A DNA stretch of 62,803 nt, filler included, from Bradymonadales bacterium (lineage in GTDB: Bacteria > Bdellovibrionota > UBA2394), in NCBI GenBank assembly GCA_007693605.1. It is 5 parts of 5 records of this genome, joined end to end, with 100 filler letters (N's around TTAATTAATTAA, not from the genome) between each part and the next. Parts side by side here need not be neighbours in the genome. Positions count along the whole stretch, not along the records: positions 25,767 to 38,325 come from REDG01000013.1; 4 more parts are not named here. One strand, 5' to 3'. Below, piece by piece: positions 27,284 through 37,957 of the stretch (positions are counted from its first letter, which is position 1; each line of letters opens with the position of its first letter). The position numbers and the translations under genes are program-made. Below the pieces are notes generated by a model, which made no database searches, was not told where the DNA came from, and saw nothing but the letters and a program-made list of their open reading frames with translations.

Positions 27284-29461
27284 TTGGCATCTAACTTGCT
27301 TTTGTTATCTGCTGGAATGTTCCGTCTAAAGCCTTTCAGTTTTCGCTCAATTCTCGCTCTGCGCTCGTCTGCAGTAGGGCTTGGTCTTTGGGCGCTCTCT
27401 TTTGGCCTTTTGGCTTATGCGGAGGCAGGGGCTGAAGTCTGTAGCCCCGAGCCCGCCAATGATTTGCTAAATCTCGTTGGTGCCACAGCGCCTGACTCCC
27501 GGCCTCTTCGAATGGAGACTCAGCTAACCGGGGCCAAATTTTCTCAGCGGCCAAGCTCAGCGGACAATGTGAGTTTCATCGATACGGAGTTTAACAATCA
27601 GGATTCGCACGGGAGTTTAGTTCGCTCCGCCTTCGCGCATAGCTTTGGTGGAGCTGGCGGTCTCGAAGGCTCTGGAAGCACACAGAGCTGGTCTGAGTTT
27701 CTGAAAACCCCCGATCAATTGGGAGATTCTCCCATTGTTAACATCTCTCTTCATCTGGGAGGCAGCGATGCCTTTGCTGAGGCGATTGAGCGCATGAGAA
27801 AGGGGAGAACCCTGGTGATTTCTTCCGGAAATCATGGAGACCAGCCCATGGATCGTAACAATCGATTAGGTGATATTGTGGTCGGTTCAGTCGACCCGCG
27901 AACGGGTTTTGTTGATGCCTACTCGCAAGGGGGTCCAGAAGTCACGATTCTCGCTCCGGTGGGTCGAGAGTTCGAGGTCAACGGAGGGCTCAAGTACGGA
28001 ACGAGTTACGCCGCCCCCCAAGTTTCAGCTGCTCTCGAGTCTGCGCGACAGCGCTTAGAGGCGGTAGGCATTGAGTGGACCCCAGAGCTCGCTAAGGCTC
28101 TGTTGCAAAACACGGCTCTTCGCCTGGTGGGCTCGGACTCTGGTTTGCATGGGGCGGGCATGTTAAATCGGGTCAAGCTCGATGCAGTGGTCGATCGACT
28201 CCTGACCGGAAGCTACTCCACCGCAGACATTGAAAACCCAGAGCATGAGCTCTACGATTTTAGTGGAAGAGCTGCTGATCTTAGTGCAAGAGCCGATGGT
28301 CTTAGTGCTAAATTCGACCAGGCCAGAGATGCCTACTACCAAGCCCTTCTTCTCGATCAGAGCCCAGAGCGAGCCAAGGCTTTTTTAAGAACGGTGGATC
28401 GGCAGGATCCCCACCGCCACTTCTACGAGTCGCTTCAATTTGTGGATCCGATTGTGGATCCGAAAAATCCCAATCGCTTCAAAGACCAGCAACGAATCTT
28501 TGCGGAAGCCTTGGCGAACGATCCTCAACTTTCGCAGCATAGTCGAGAGTCGGCCGAGAGAATGCAAAGAATTCTGAGCGGTGAGGCCGCTCAAGACTTA
28601 AGCGCGCTGCTTGCAGAGCAGAGCTCGTCTGCGGGCCTAGTCTCAATCCTTCGACAAGCCCCAAGACTGAACAAGAGAGTTTTGGCTCAGATTGAGAAGC
28701 GATTGCAGGATCCTAATTTGTCCAGCAACTTCGTGGGAGGGGAGCTTCGGCTTTATTCTGACCATCTTCCGCCAGTGGATTCTTGGCGGAATGCCTCTGA
28801 GGGGGAACGAGCTCTCAACCCAGAGCAGAGAGTTTCAAGATGGATGCAAGCCTTTCGATCATCCCAAGCGCTTCGCTTTCAAGACCGTAGCCTCGACGCG
28901 ACAGAACGGACGCGCAGGAACTCCGAACGGACGCGCAGGAACTCAGAATGGATGAGAGATCTCTACGAGAATCTAAAAGACGGAAGTTCGAGAGACCGGA
29001 ATGAGACGCCTGAGACAGACGATTCTTCCGCTCTTGCTAGAAGTCTTCGAGAGATTCCGGGCCTTTCTCATCCAGAAGATAGCCTTGCAAAAGCCAGACG
29101 AGAAGTTTTAAGAGAGGCTTTGAATCAATATCGCATGGGCTACTTCGAGAGTGAGGTGCTGCAAGGAATGCTCACTCCATCTCATTCAGAAGATTGGGCC
29201 CCGCTCTTTGCAGACCCCCTCGTTCGTCCCAGTCTTGTGGAGATTTTGTTAGAGACAGAGATCAGGGCAAGGCCCTCTCAAGAACCAGAGGCTCGGGAGG
29301 GAGAGATTCGCGACCTCTCTCTTGATCCTCGATTTGTTCGAAAAGCTGATGAGGAAGATTCTGAGTTGATGGATGCGCTCAAAGAGATCGAGAAGAGGCT
29401 AAGAGAATTCTTCTTGGAGTCACCCACAGGGGATGCCTCTCTCACACCGATCGAGGATTGA
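27284..29461 (+). CDS. Secreted S8 subtilisin-like protease with long unknown C-terminal region
   Basis: IDT, SHGSLV, SSGN, GTSYAAPQV catalytic motifs; signal peptide. Confidence 0.82.
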   Translation: MASNLLLLSAGMFRLKPFSFRSILALRSSAVGLGLWALSFGLLAYAEAGAEVCSPEPANDLLNLVGATAPDSRPLRMETQLTGAKFSQRPSSADNVSFIDTEFNNQDSHGSLVRSAFAHSFGGAGGLEGSGSTQSWSEFLKTPDQLGDSPIVNISLHLGGSDAFAEAIERMRKGRTLVISSGNHGDQPMDRNNRLGDIVVGSVDPRTGFVDAYSQGGPEVTILAPVGREFEVNGGLKYGTSYAAPQVSAALESARQRLEAVGIEWTPELAKALLQNTALRLVGSDSGLHGAGMLNRVKLDAVVDRLLTGSYSTADIENPEHELYDFSGRAADLSARADGLSAKFDQARDAYYQALLLDQSPERAKAFLRTVDRQDPHRHFYESLQFVDPIVDPKNPNRFKDQQRIFAEALANDPQLSQHSRESAERMQRILSGEAAQDLSALLAEQSSSAGLVSILRQAPRLNKRVLAQIEKRLQDPNLSSNFVGGELRLYSDHLPPVDSWRNASEGERALNPEQRVSRWMQAFRSSQALRFQDRSLDATERTRRNSERTRRNSEWMRDLYENLKDGSSRDRNETPETDDSSALARSLREIPGLSHPEDSLAKARREVLREALNQYRMGYFESEVLQGMLTPSHSEDWAPLFADPLVRPSLVEILLETEIRARPSQEPEAREGEIRDLSLDPRFVRKADEEDSELMDALKEIEKRLREFFLESPTGDASLTPIED
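28904..28948 (+). repeat. In-frame 21-bp tandem duplication (ERTRRNS x2)
   Basis: GAACGGACGCGCAGGAACTC(C/A) x2. Confidence 0.85.
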
Positions 29462-29494
29462 TTCTCTCGCACCAAGAGGCCATATTGGATCTCA

Positions 29495-29812
29495 GTGATG
29501 AGTTTAGAAGACAGAATTCGAGAGAAGATTCAGAGGGAGTTTAAACCCCAAGAACTTATCTTGCACAACGAAAGCGCTCAGCATGCCTCAGGTGTTGGGG
29601 CCGAAACTCATTTTAAGGTTTTCTGTGTGTCTGATCGCTTTGAGCATCAATCGCTGATCGAAAGACATCGACAGCTTCACGCGCTTTTGAAAGAGGAGCT
29701 TCAAGACGGAGTTCATGCTCTTTCATTGATCTTAAAGACTCCAGAGGAGGCCTCTAGATCAAGGGAACTGCCAGAGAGTCCCCCATGTCGAGGAGGGGGA
29801 GGGGAGGATTGA
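29495..29812 (+). CDS. bolA: BolA family protein
   Basis: NESAQH, ETHFKV.CVSDRF, RHRQLH, GVHALS, SPPCRGG. Confidence 0.9.
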   Translation: MMSLEDRIREKIQREFKPQELILHNESAQHASGVGAETHFKVFCVSDRFEHQSLIERHRQLHALLKEELQDGVHALSLILKTPEEASRSRELPESPPCRGGGGED

Positions 29813-29813
29813 A

Positions 29814-31082
29814 TTGGCTTGTGTTTCCTTAGGCTTTTGGAGTTTCGAAGGGAGCGAAAGATTTCCGCTGAGAGTGGGCGGGCTCTTCTTTCTTCTTGGA
29901 TTTCTTCATGCCTGTCAGTCGCAGCCTGACCCCAAGGCCTTAGAGCCTCAGTTTGCTCCGCCGTCTCAGAAGCCGATAGAACAAACAAGAGAGAGTGCAG
30001 AGTCGGAGGGGGCTTCAATCGCTCTTGTTCAGAGCGCCGCCTGGCGAGATTGGGTGCAGAAGTACGGTAGTTCCTCTCCCTTTTTGGCGATACAAAAGAA
30101 CCGACCTGAGGAGTATCAAATGACCCGAGAACATCTGGATCGAGTTCTCGCTGGAAATCATCGGGTAAGATTTTCGCCGCCTCTGTCGTCAAGCCGAGGC
30201 CCAGTCGGTGACCTTGACTTGATTCAGTTTGATGCCTCTCGAAGATTCGAGCTTCAGTTGGATGGTCGTCGTCGGCAGGGGGAGTCGCGCCAAAGTCGTG
30301 AAGATTCCCAGAAACTCTCAAGGCGTTTTTCGGTGATCCGAGAGCAGATGCAAAATGCGATTGCTCGAAGAGCGCCGAATGAGCTCCAGATTTTTTTTGT
30401 GGGAGAGACCCATGCTCTCGATTTGTATTTCTCTCAGTTCTTGAATCCAGACCTGTCTGACACAGACCCCATGAGTCGGAGCCGTCGTGAGGTTCTGTAT
30501 GTCAGCCCACCGGTTACGGCAGAGAGTATTTTTTATACCCCAGAATTTTATGAATTTGTGAGTCTTTGGAGGGGGACTCCCGTCCAACCGGAGACCTTTG
30601 ATCAGAACTCGTCCATTTATGTTCCCAATTTTTTAGCCCGCTTGGCCTTTAATCAGAGATTGCGATCGGGAATGGTTCCCATCGAAGCGCTCTTTGAAGA
30701 ACGGCTTGAAAAGCTGGGAGCCATTGTCTTTATGGACTGGCATTATTTGAATAGTCCTCAAGTCTTTAATGAAATGCCCGGAGCCTCTAGTTTGAAGTCA
30801 TTAGGCTTTGATCGGGTTTCATTTTTCTTAGAGAGTTTGAAGTTCTCGGAAGAATATTCTCTTGATCGGATGGAGCGAACCTATCGAGTTCAAATGCAAC
30901 ACTTCTTGAGTGATGAAGATCGGGAGTTTGAAAGGCGCTATCGGCCCGAAGTCTATTCCTTTTTAGAGAAGGGCTTCGTGATGAATTCGAGCCTTCAAAG
31001 CCTTCATCAAAAGCTGAAAAGCTATCAATCTGCTGGTCTAAATCTCCACTTTCGAGGCCTCGAAGAGGTCGAACTCTGGTAA
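29814..31082 (+). CDS. Hypothetical lipoprotein
   Basis: Lipobox-like LHAC after a hydrophobic stretch; 422-aa ORF in operon context. Confidence 0.6.
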   Translation: MACVSLGFWSFEGSERFPLRVGGLFFLLGFLHACQSQPDPKALEPQFAPPSQKPIEQTRESAESEGASIALVQSAAWRDWVQKYGSSSPFLAIQKNRPEEYQMTREHLDRVLAGNHRVRFSPPLSSSRGPVGDLDLIQFDASRRFELQLDGRRRQGESRQSREDSQKLSRRFSVIREQMQNAIARRAPNELQIFFVGETHALDLYFSQFLNPDLSDTDPMSRSRREVLYVSPPVTAESIFYTPEFYEFVSLWRGTPVQPETFDQNSSIYVPNFLARLAFNQRLRSGMVPIEALFEERLEKLGAIVFMDWHYLNSPQVFNEMPGASSLKSLGFDRVSFFLESLKFSEEYSLDRMERTYRVQMQHFLSDEDREFERRYRPEVYSFLEKGFVMNSSLQSLHQKLKSYQSAGLNLHFRGLEEVELW

Positions 31083-31169
31083 TTCACAGGCCCATCATGT
31101 ATTATGTAAACCTGTATTTAAGCTCCTGGCAGTTGATCCGAAAGGAGGGGCTGGCTAGCCTACAAAGAT

Positions 31170-32834
31170 ATGACGAACTTTATCGATCCGATCGGTGTTT
31201 TGAAGAAGAGAGCTCTCGAAAGCCCTGATGCAAAGGCTTATGGCTATCAGAGTTTTGGGGGCAAGAGTTTCGAGTCTTTTCAAGAGATGACTTGGTCAGA
31301 GGTTTGGGCCTGGGTTCAGGCCTATGCCTTTGCGCTCGAGTCGCGGGGGCTTCAGGCCTCTCAATGCATTGCCCTACAGGGTCGCAATCAGGTGGATTGG
31401 GTTTTGATTGATTTTGCGATTCTTCTGAGCGGGGGAGTTTCAGTGCCCCTTTTCCCACAGATTAGCTCGAGAGAGCGAGACTACATCCTCAAAGAAACAG
31501 GGCTTCAGTTCTTTGTGACAGATCAGCCCCAAGAGCTGCAGGGAGTTCAACTCATTGGATTTCATGAGCTTCATCGAGAGGCAAGGGCTCAACTTGGCAA
31601 AGCTTACTCAAGAAAGGAGCCAGACTTTGAGGCGGTCGCAACCATTGTTTATACCAGTGGCACGACGGGCGAGCCCAAGGGAGTAATGCACAGCTTAAAG
31701 AATATTGGATTGGCTTTAGAGCTTGGGCGAGAGAGTTTGGGGATTTCAGAGAGAGATCGACTGATTTCCTATCTTCCTCTGAGCCATGTGGCAGAGAGAG
31801 TCTTGTCAGAGTTTGGAAGCATCTACTCGGGGGCTTCCGTCTATTTTGTGGACCAAGTAGAAAAAGTAGTGGGCGCTTTGCCGAAGGTGAAACCAACCAT
31901 TTTCTTTGCCGTGCCTCGTGTTTGGAATTTGATTCTTCAACGGATTGAAAAGGAAGTGAAGCATAACCCACTCGTTCAGAAGAGGTTGCAGGCGATTCCA
32001 AAGATTTTTCGCTCTTTCTTGATCCCCTTCTTGGTGAAGAGAAAGCTTGGGTTTCAAAAGGTGAGAGGCTTTTTTTCAGGCGCGGCGAAACTAAACCCCG
32101 ATGTTGCCAGTAATTTGGTCGAGTATGGGATTCGAGTTCGGGAGTGCTACGGGTTGACGGAGACCCTTTGTTTGACAACGGTCGCTGAGAAGAACCCCAA
32201 GAGCTTTGGCTGCGTGGGCCGATCCTATCCAGGCGTCGACTTGCGAGTCGCAGAAGACGGAGAGATTTGCGCAAAGGCTGACTTCCACTTTATGGGCTAC
32301 TATAAAAAGCCCGAGGCGACCCAAGAAGTACTACGCAATGGATGGTTTCATACGGGAGATGTCGGGGTCTTAGATAACGAGGGGCGCTTGAGAATTACTG
32401 ACAGAAAGAAAGATCTTTTTAAGGGTTCGAACGGCAAATATGTTGCCCCCCAACCCATTGAGGCTCAACTCAGGGCCGTGGTGGGGGTGCAAGAGGCGAT
32501 GGTGGTGGGTGAAGAAAAAGCCTTTTGTGTTGCGCTTCTTTCGATTCAGGACGGCTTTGAGCCGAGTCATTTTCTCAGTGCGGTAGATCGAATCAACCGT
32601 TCTTTGAGTCCGCACGAGAGACTGAAACATATTGGTCTTTTGCCAAAGGCTTGGACCGTCGAAGGAGGCGAGCTGACACCGAGCATGAAGCTGAAGAGAA
32701 AGGTGATCGAGTCTCGTTATCAGAATGAGATTTCTGAGCTTTACAACTGCCGAGAGAAGGCCTTGTATTTTGGAGAAGCCCCCAATCCGGCAGAGGCTTT
32801 TGAAAGGAAAAATTGTGCTCATTCTGGTGTCTAA
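31170..32834 (+). CDS. Long-chain fatty acid-CoA ligase
   Basis: YTSGTTGEPKG, YGLTE, GWFHTGD, DRKKD, ELTPSMKLKR. Confidence 0.92.
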   Translation: MTNFIDPIGVLKKRALESPDAKAYGYQSFGGKSFESFQEMTWSEVWAWVQAYAFALESRGLQASQCIALQGRNQVDWVLIDFAILLSGGVSVPLFPQISSRERDYILKETGLQFFVTDQPQELQGVQLIGFHELHREARAQLGKAYSRKEPDFEAVATIVYTSGTTGEPKGVMHSLKNIGLALELGRESLGISERDRLISYLPLSHVAERVLSEFGSIYSGASVYFVDQVEKVVGALPKVKPTIFFAVPRVWNLILQRIEKEVKHNPLVQKRLQAIPKIFRSFLIPFLVKRKLGFQKVRGFFSGAAKLNPDVASNLVEYGIRVRECYGLTETLCLTTVAEKNPKSFGCVGRSYPGVDLRVAEDGEICAKADFHFMGYYKKPEATQEVLRNGWFHTGDVGVLDNEGRLRITDRKKDLFKGSNGKYVAPQPIEAQLRAVVGVQEAMVVGEEKAFCVALLSIQDGFEPSHFLSAVDRINRSLSPHERLKHIGLLPKAWTVEGGELTPSMKLKRKVIESRYQNEISELYNCREKALYFGEAPNPAEAFERKNCAHSGV

Positions 32835-33585
32835 TGATGATGGCTTTTTTACAGAAGGAATTCGCAGTCTCGCCAAAGCTCTAAAAAAAATCGGGGATGT
32901 TTGGGTGGTGGCTCCTGATCGTGAGCAGTCTGCTTCCGGTCATTCCTTGACTTTGCATCGACCGCTTCGGGTGAAGAAGGTGAGTCGAGATCATCATGAG
33001 TATGCGGTGGACGGCACTCCAACCGATTGTGTGAACTTAGCGATCAATCGATTATTGCCGCGAAAGCCTGACATCGTGGTTTCAGGAATCAATCGGGGGG
33101 CCAATCTTGGGGATGATGTGACTTATTCTGGGACAGTCGCTGCCGCTTTGGAAGCGGCACTCTTGGGTGTGCCAGCCATTGCCGTTTCAGCGATTCCGAA
33201 AAACGGAGAAGACGAATACAGCTACGACGGAGCGGCTGATTTTGCAGCCTATCTTGCTCAAAAGACGGTCGAACATTCACTCGAGCCCTATATGATTCTC
33301 AATGTCAATGTCCCGAGTGAGACGGAAGTCGGCGAGAGGCGTTGTGTGATCTGTAAGATGGGCAAGCGGGTCTATGATGATGTGCTAGAGGAGCGAATTG
33401 ATCCGCGAGGGCGGCCTTATTACTGGTTGGGCGGGGCCTCTGTGAAGAGTCGCATTGACGCTGACACCGATTGTGAGGCGGCAGAGAAGAATCGAATTTC
33501 TTTGACGCCGATTCAGCTCGATATGACGAAGTATAGTTTTTTACCAAAACTACAGAGTTGGGGTCTGGAACAGTACGGTGACTAA
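32815..33585 (+). CDS. surE: 5'/3'-nucleotidase SurE
   Basis: ILVSNDDG, VDGTPTDCV, SGINRGANLG, YSGTVAAA; GTG 32815 after AAAGGA. Confidence 0.95.
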   Translation: MLILVSNDDGFFTEGIRSLAKALKKIGDVWVVAPDREQSASGHSLTLHRPLRVKKVSRDHHEYAVDGTPTDCVNLAINRLLPRKPDIVVSGINRGANLGDDVTYSGTVAAALEAALLGVPAIAVSAIPKNGEDEYSYDGAADFAAYLAQKTVEHSLEPYMILNVNVPSETEVGERRCVICKMGKRVYDDVLEERIDPRGRPYYWLGGASVKSRIDADTDCEAAEKNRISLTPIQLDMTKYSFLPKLQSWGLEQYGD

Positions 33586-34027
33586 TAGTTTTCGACCAAA
33601 GCTTCCAGATTTTTCTCAGCAGAAGCCCGCCGTTGAGACAACCCAAGGAATTCGCGTGGAGGTTCGTTCGCAGTACTTTCCCCCTGAGTCGAAGCCCGAG
33701 TCGAATCTGTTTTACTTTGTTTACGAGGTGCAGATTTTTAATGAGAGCGAGACGGTGGTCCAGTTGTTGAGAAGGCATTGGGTGATTCGCGATGCGTTGG
33801 GTCAGGTGGAAGAAGTGAAGGGCGATGGAGTCGTAGGGCAGCAGCCCGTTTTGGCTCCCGATCAGGTTTTTCGCTATGTGAGTGCCTGCCCGCTTTGGAC
33901 GCCACGAGGGGAGATGCATGGCCATTATGTCATGGCAAATGAGGCCGGCGAAGAGTTCTTGGCAAAGATTCCAAAATTTCGATTGGGCAAGGGCAGTCAC
34001 CTTCGTCTGGTGAAAGCTGAGGCTTAG
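33578..34027 (+). CDS. apaG: ApaG protein
   Basis: VQLLRRHWVI, EEVKGDGVVGQQP, TPRGEMHG. Confidence 0.93.
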   Translation: MTNSFRPKLPDFSQQKPAVETTQGIRVEVRSQYFPPESKPESNLFYFVYEVQIFNESETVVQLLRRHWVIRDALGQVEEVKGDGVVGQQPVLAPDQVFRYVSACPLWTPRGEMHGHYVMANEAGEEFLAKIPKFRLGKGSHLRLVKAEA

Positions 34028-34608
34028 TAAAACTCTTTGCCTTTATCTTCGAGTTCTCGAAGAAAGGCTTCTCGTTCCTCTTGCGCCATGTCTTCGACAT
34101 AGCTGATGGTAGTGGAGCGCACCGGAGAGATCCCACAGAATTTTAGAATCCCGTTGATCATGGCTCGGTGTGTGGCCTTTCCGAAAAGAGTTCGATAGAT
34201 GAGGTAGGGAGAGCCCATGGTGATAATCACATGAGCCGAACGACCTTTAAGGTGTTTCTTCCAAAGGGGATTGTCGGGTCGAAAGTCAAAGGCGAAGCCG
34301 GGCAAAAAAACGCGATCGAAGAAGCCTTTGAGAAGGGCGGGCATACTAGACCACCAGACCGGAAAGGCGATGACCAAATGCTCAGCCCACAGAATCAGTT
34401 TTTGCGCGTTTTGGAGGTCGGGCTCAAGTTCCTGTTCTTTGGCATATCCTTCCCAGAGGATGGGATCGAATTTAAGTTTTCGGAGGTCGAGAAGTCGCAC
34501 TTCGGCCCCTCCTTGACGAGCGCCGATCTCATAGGCTTCAGCGAGGGAGCGACAAAAGCTCTTGGTTTTCGGGTTGCCTAAGATGATTAAGATTTTCTTT
34601 TGACTCAT
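34024..34608 (-). CDS. NAD(P)H-dependent oxidoreductase (flavodoxin_2)
   Basis: GNPKTKSF, FPVWWSSMPALLKGFFDRVFLPGFA; start MSQKK (ORF track start 34668). Confidence 0.9.
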   Translation of the reverse strand: MSQKKILIILGNPKTKSFCRSLAEAYEIGARQGGAEVRLLDLRKLKFDPILWEGYAKEQELEPDLQNAQKLILWAEHLVIAFPVWWSSMPALLKGFFDRVFLPGFAFDFRPDNPLWKKHLKGRSAHVIITMGSPYLIYRTLFGKATHRAMINGILKFCGISPVRSTTISYVEDMAQEEREAFLRELEDKGKEFY

Positions 34609-34777
34609 AGGGGGTGAACAAGCCGAAGGATAACAGGGAATATGCCACTCCAACAGGTTATAAAGCAAAATTTTGGCGGGCTCTCTTCTTCCGAAAGAGA
34701 GGGTTAAAATCAGATCTAGACAGGATCAGCGACGCCGATTAGCAATAGAGCTAGGAAATCCCTAAGAACCTGAGGAA

Positions 34778-34854
<77 letters not shown>

Positions 34855-34918
34855 AATTCCTCAGTGATAATCAGAGTTTAAGCGAAGCCCCCAAAATCAG
34901 CAAGAATAAAAATTTCTC

Positions 34919-34940
34919 GTAAATCCACTGTAAATCCACT
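34919..34940. repeat. Tandem 11-bp repeat GTAAATCCACT x2, possible integrase arm site
   Basis: Perfect tandem 65 bp downstream of the tRNA-Val 3' end. Confidence 0.55.
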
Positions 34941-34947
34941 TTGAGGA

Positions 34948-36459
34948 TTAAAGTGTTTTAAGTTTTCGAGTGCGACCAAATATTGTCTTGAGCTCATCAA
35001 CGCTAGACTCTTGCGCAAAGCCACGAATTCTATCGCCCGCCTCCACGACGGTGCTTCCTTGTGGGACGATAAACCGCCCATCTCGCTCGATGCTCGTTAG
35101 GAGAACACCCTCCGGAAGCTGAAGGTCAACAATCCGCAGGTCCTTGGTAGAAGTCTCGAAAGTCATGGTCGCATCTATTGGGACATAGCCTGGCGGTAGA
35201 AGTTGACCAAGTTCAGCCTTCTCCAAGGCAGGCTCTTCTAGAAGCGGTTCGGTGACTTTCAGCTTAGATGCAACCCAGGGAATCGAGATGCCTTGCGCAA
35301 CAACAGAGATCAGAACGATAAAGAAAACCAAGTTGAAATAGTATTCTGCATTTGGAAGCCCAAGGCTCCACGGTAGAGTGGCTAGAATGATTGGGGCGGC
35401 CCCACGAAGACCAACCCATGATACAAACAAGCGAGCTCTTCGCTCGAGGCTCTTGCCTGGCGTCGCTACAAAAACGCTCAGAGGTCTCGCAATAAACATC
35501 ATAAACACCGCTAACAGGAGCCCTTCCTTCCATACGAGAATAAGGTTTGAAGGAAATACAAGAAGTCCTAGCACAAGAAAGATGGTGATCTGAGACATCC
35601 AGGCGACGCCATCGATGAATCGAGTAATGGAAGCCTTATGTAGATAGTCGCGTCGCCCGAGCATGAGCCCTGTGATATAAACAGCAAGAAAGCCACTTCC
35701 GCCTAAATACGCAGTAATTGAGAAAACCATTAAAACCAGGCCGACCATGAGAACTCCATAAAGAGCTTCATACTCAATTCCGGCGCGGTTCATGAGAAAT
35801 CGAATTCCTTCTGCTCCTGCATAGCCAAAGAGCAAGCCCAGACCCGCTTGTTTAACAAAGAATAGTGCGATCGCAAAAACGCCAGTGGACTCTGCGGTTA
35901 TAAGGGAAAGAATAGAAAGGGTGAGAAATATGGCTACGGGGTCATTGCTTCCAGCCTCGAACTCAAGCACTTGTTTGAGCTTCCCGCGTAAAGACAAATT
36001 TTTCGAACGCAAAATACTAAACACGGCCGCAGCATCTGTTGATGAGACAATGGCTCCGAGGAGAAGTCCTCCGAGTAAACTCAAGCCAAGCACATAATGA
36101 GCAAACAAGCCCGTGACGACGCCCGTTACCACCGTGCTAATGACGGATAGCGCCGTTCCAACTCGTAGAATCGGGCGAACACCGCTCCAAGACGTTCGAA
36201 GACCTCCATCAAAGAGAACGAAACTAAGGCAAACACTTCCCACAGCAAAGGCCACAGCGTAATTTTCAAAGGGAACTCCACCGGGACCCTCTGAGCCCGC
36301 GAGCATCCCTAAGCCTAAGAAAATCAAAAGAGCGGGTACGCCTGTAAAGGAAGAGATTCGGCTTGCCAGCACTGCAAAGACGAGAAGCGCAGAACCAAAG
36401 ATCAATATGAACTCCAGTGAGAATCCCTGAAACTCAACCGGCATCATCTGGCCCATCAC
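34948..36459 (-). CDS. K+/H+ antiporter (CvrA/NhaP2 family) with TrkA_C domain
   Basis: GMLAGSEGPGG, LFDGGLRT, SSTDAAAVF, EAGSNDP, WVGLRGA. Confidence 0.92.
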   Translation of the reverse strand: MMGQMMPVEFQGFSLEFILIFGSALLVFAVLASRISSFTGVPALLIFLGLGMLAGSEGPGGVPFENYAVAFAVGSVCLSFVLFDGGLRTSWSGVRPILRVGTALSVISTVVTGVVTGLFAHYVLGLSLLGGLLLGAIVSSTDAAAVFSILRSKNLSLRGKLKQVLEFEAGSNDPVAIFLTLSILSLITAESTGVFAIALFFVKQAGLGLLFGYAGAEGIRFLMNRAGIEYEALYGVLMVGLVLMVFSITAYLGGSGFLAVYITGLMLGRRDYLHKASITRFIDGVAWMSQITIFLVLGLLVFPSNLILVWKEGLLLAVFMMFIARPLSVFVATPGKSLERRARLFVSWVGLRGAAPIILATLPWSLGLPNAEYYFNLVFFIVLISVVAQGISIPWVASKLKVTEPLLEEPALEKAELGQLLPPGYVPIDATMTFETSTKDLRIVDLQLPEGVLLTSIERDGRFIVPQGSTVVEAGDRIRGFAQESSVDELKTIFGRTRKLKTL

Positions 36460-37403
36460 AATCTAACGGCAAGAAAGGGTCTTTTGGTTAATGTTAAAAT
36501 CTTTCTTGAAGTTGACCCCAACAGGAGATCACTTCCAGACCGATCAATAGTCGATGGACATAGGATTCCCCACGACTTTTTAGTTTCTGAATATTTAACC
36601 ACGGTCTCGGGTATAGACTTTGATTCTGGCAAGAGCTCCAGGTTAACCTTGAGCCCCGCACGGGTAAGCTCGCGCTCAGCATCTTTCAGATGGGACAGGG
36701 GAGCTGATTCAGTCTTTTGCTTTCGGATTTTTCCAAGCAAAGCCTTCTGAATCTTCTTTACGCCAACAAGATCGATTTGAGCATCAGCCGGCCGAGCAAA
36801 CCTAAGAATGTAATTAATATGCTCCTTCGAAACTTGTTTTTGAGGGTCCACTGCCACTGTAAACCTGGGCGTTCTAGAAAAGGACAGGCCTTTCGTATGA
36901 GGCTTTATGACTAAAACTGGAGTCGATGCACTCAATGCGGCCGTTTCTGCAAAACTACCAAGAAGCCAATAAGGAATGCCCGTTCTGTTGCTTGCAAATA
37001 CAATAAGAAGTTCCGAATGAATTTTCTTAAGGTAAGCGGACAGCTCATGGATTAACAATCGATTAGAAGAAGATTTTCCCTTCAAAACATGAATTGCTTT
37101 GAAGCGAAGCTCGGTCTTTAAAGCAGATTCAAGCCGATCTCATGTCTCTTCAGCGTAGCGATCTTTGTTTTGATAATACCATTCTGGGGGAACCATAAAG
37201 AGTGACTGATGAATCATTGATACTACTCTGACCGAGGGGATCGCCCCAATTTTCTGAAACTTTGAAACAATCCCTGAATAGGCTGAAAAACTACCGCGGC
37301 GATTCACGGTTGGATCCATAGCCAGCACGACGTTCCTTAAGGGATCATTCGCAAGCCCTGAAGATTTCGAGGAGGTTTTCATGAGTATCTTTATAGCAGT
37401 CAA
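36456..37403 (-). pseudogene. Tandem universal stress protein gene, disrupted (stop plus frameshift near 37100-37142)
   Basis: Fragments 37140-37403 (VVLAMDP) and 36456-37085 (LLGSFAET..PVLVIK, LLGSTSRK..PFLAV); joining sequence reads KTELRFKAIHVL in the downstream frame. Confidence 0.7.
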
Positions 37404-37636
37404 TGATGATCGGGGGCGAGGCCCATTTTGGGCCTCTTCACCCCCTCTCGATTAGGAATCCTTCGATTCCCCCTGTCCCTTGGAAGCGCTCTTTCGCCCA
37501 TACCACCAGCCAAGCAATCGAAGCCCGACGACAAATGCAGGGAAAGAGAACACAACTAAGACGACAAGCCACCACGGCTCATCCATGAATGCTCCTCCAA
37601 AATAAATTACATATTAAAATCAGCGACCTTTTGAAT

Positions 37637-37957
37637 TCAAAGAGCTGGTGGAGCACGAGGTATCGATGGGAGGTCGAAGACAGAGGAGCCTTCGGTCCTA
37701 TTACGATCAAGTTTGACGTAGGACAAGGTCGAGCGGTTTGCCCAGCTGAGGCGGATCCGATCGTGAAAATCTGGCGCGCTGCTTGGCTCTGGCGATTTAA
37801 TCCCAGGCAGATCACCGGAGCGAACGACACCAAGGTTAGACCATACGACGCTAGGACTTAGCTCACTGCCTTGAGTCTGACGGGTCTCCGGGCTGGCTGC
37901 CTGCAGCGTGGCCTGAGTCGCGGTTAGTAAGAAAATACAAAGAAGCCAGTGCAGCAT
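37637..37957 (-). CDS. Small secreted hypothetical protein, possibly a fragment
   Basis: Signal-like MLHWLLCIFLLTATQA. Confidence 0.35.
   Translation of the reverse strand: MLHWLLCIFLLTATQATLQAASPETRQTQGSELSPSVVWSNLGVVRSGDLPGIKSPEPSSAPDFHDRIRLSWANRSTLSYVKLDRNRTEGSSVFDLPSIPRAPPAL

Noticed and set aside
29713..34000. Long antisense ORFs (29713-30321, 31552-32274, 33305-34000) and similar ones elsewhere
   Set aside because: Shadow frames of well-supported genes, with no motifs of their own
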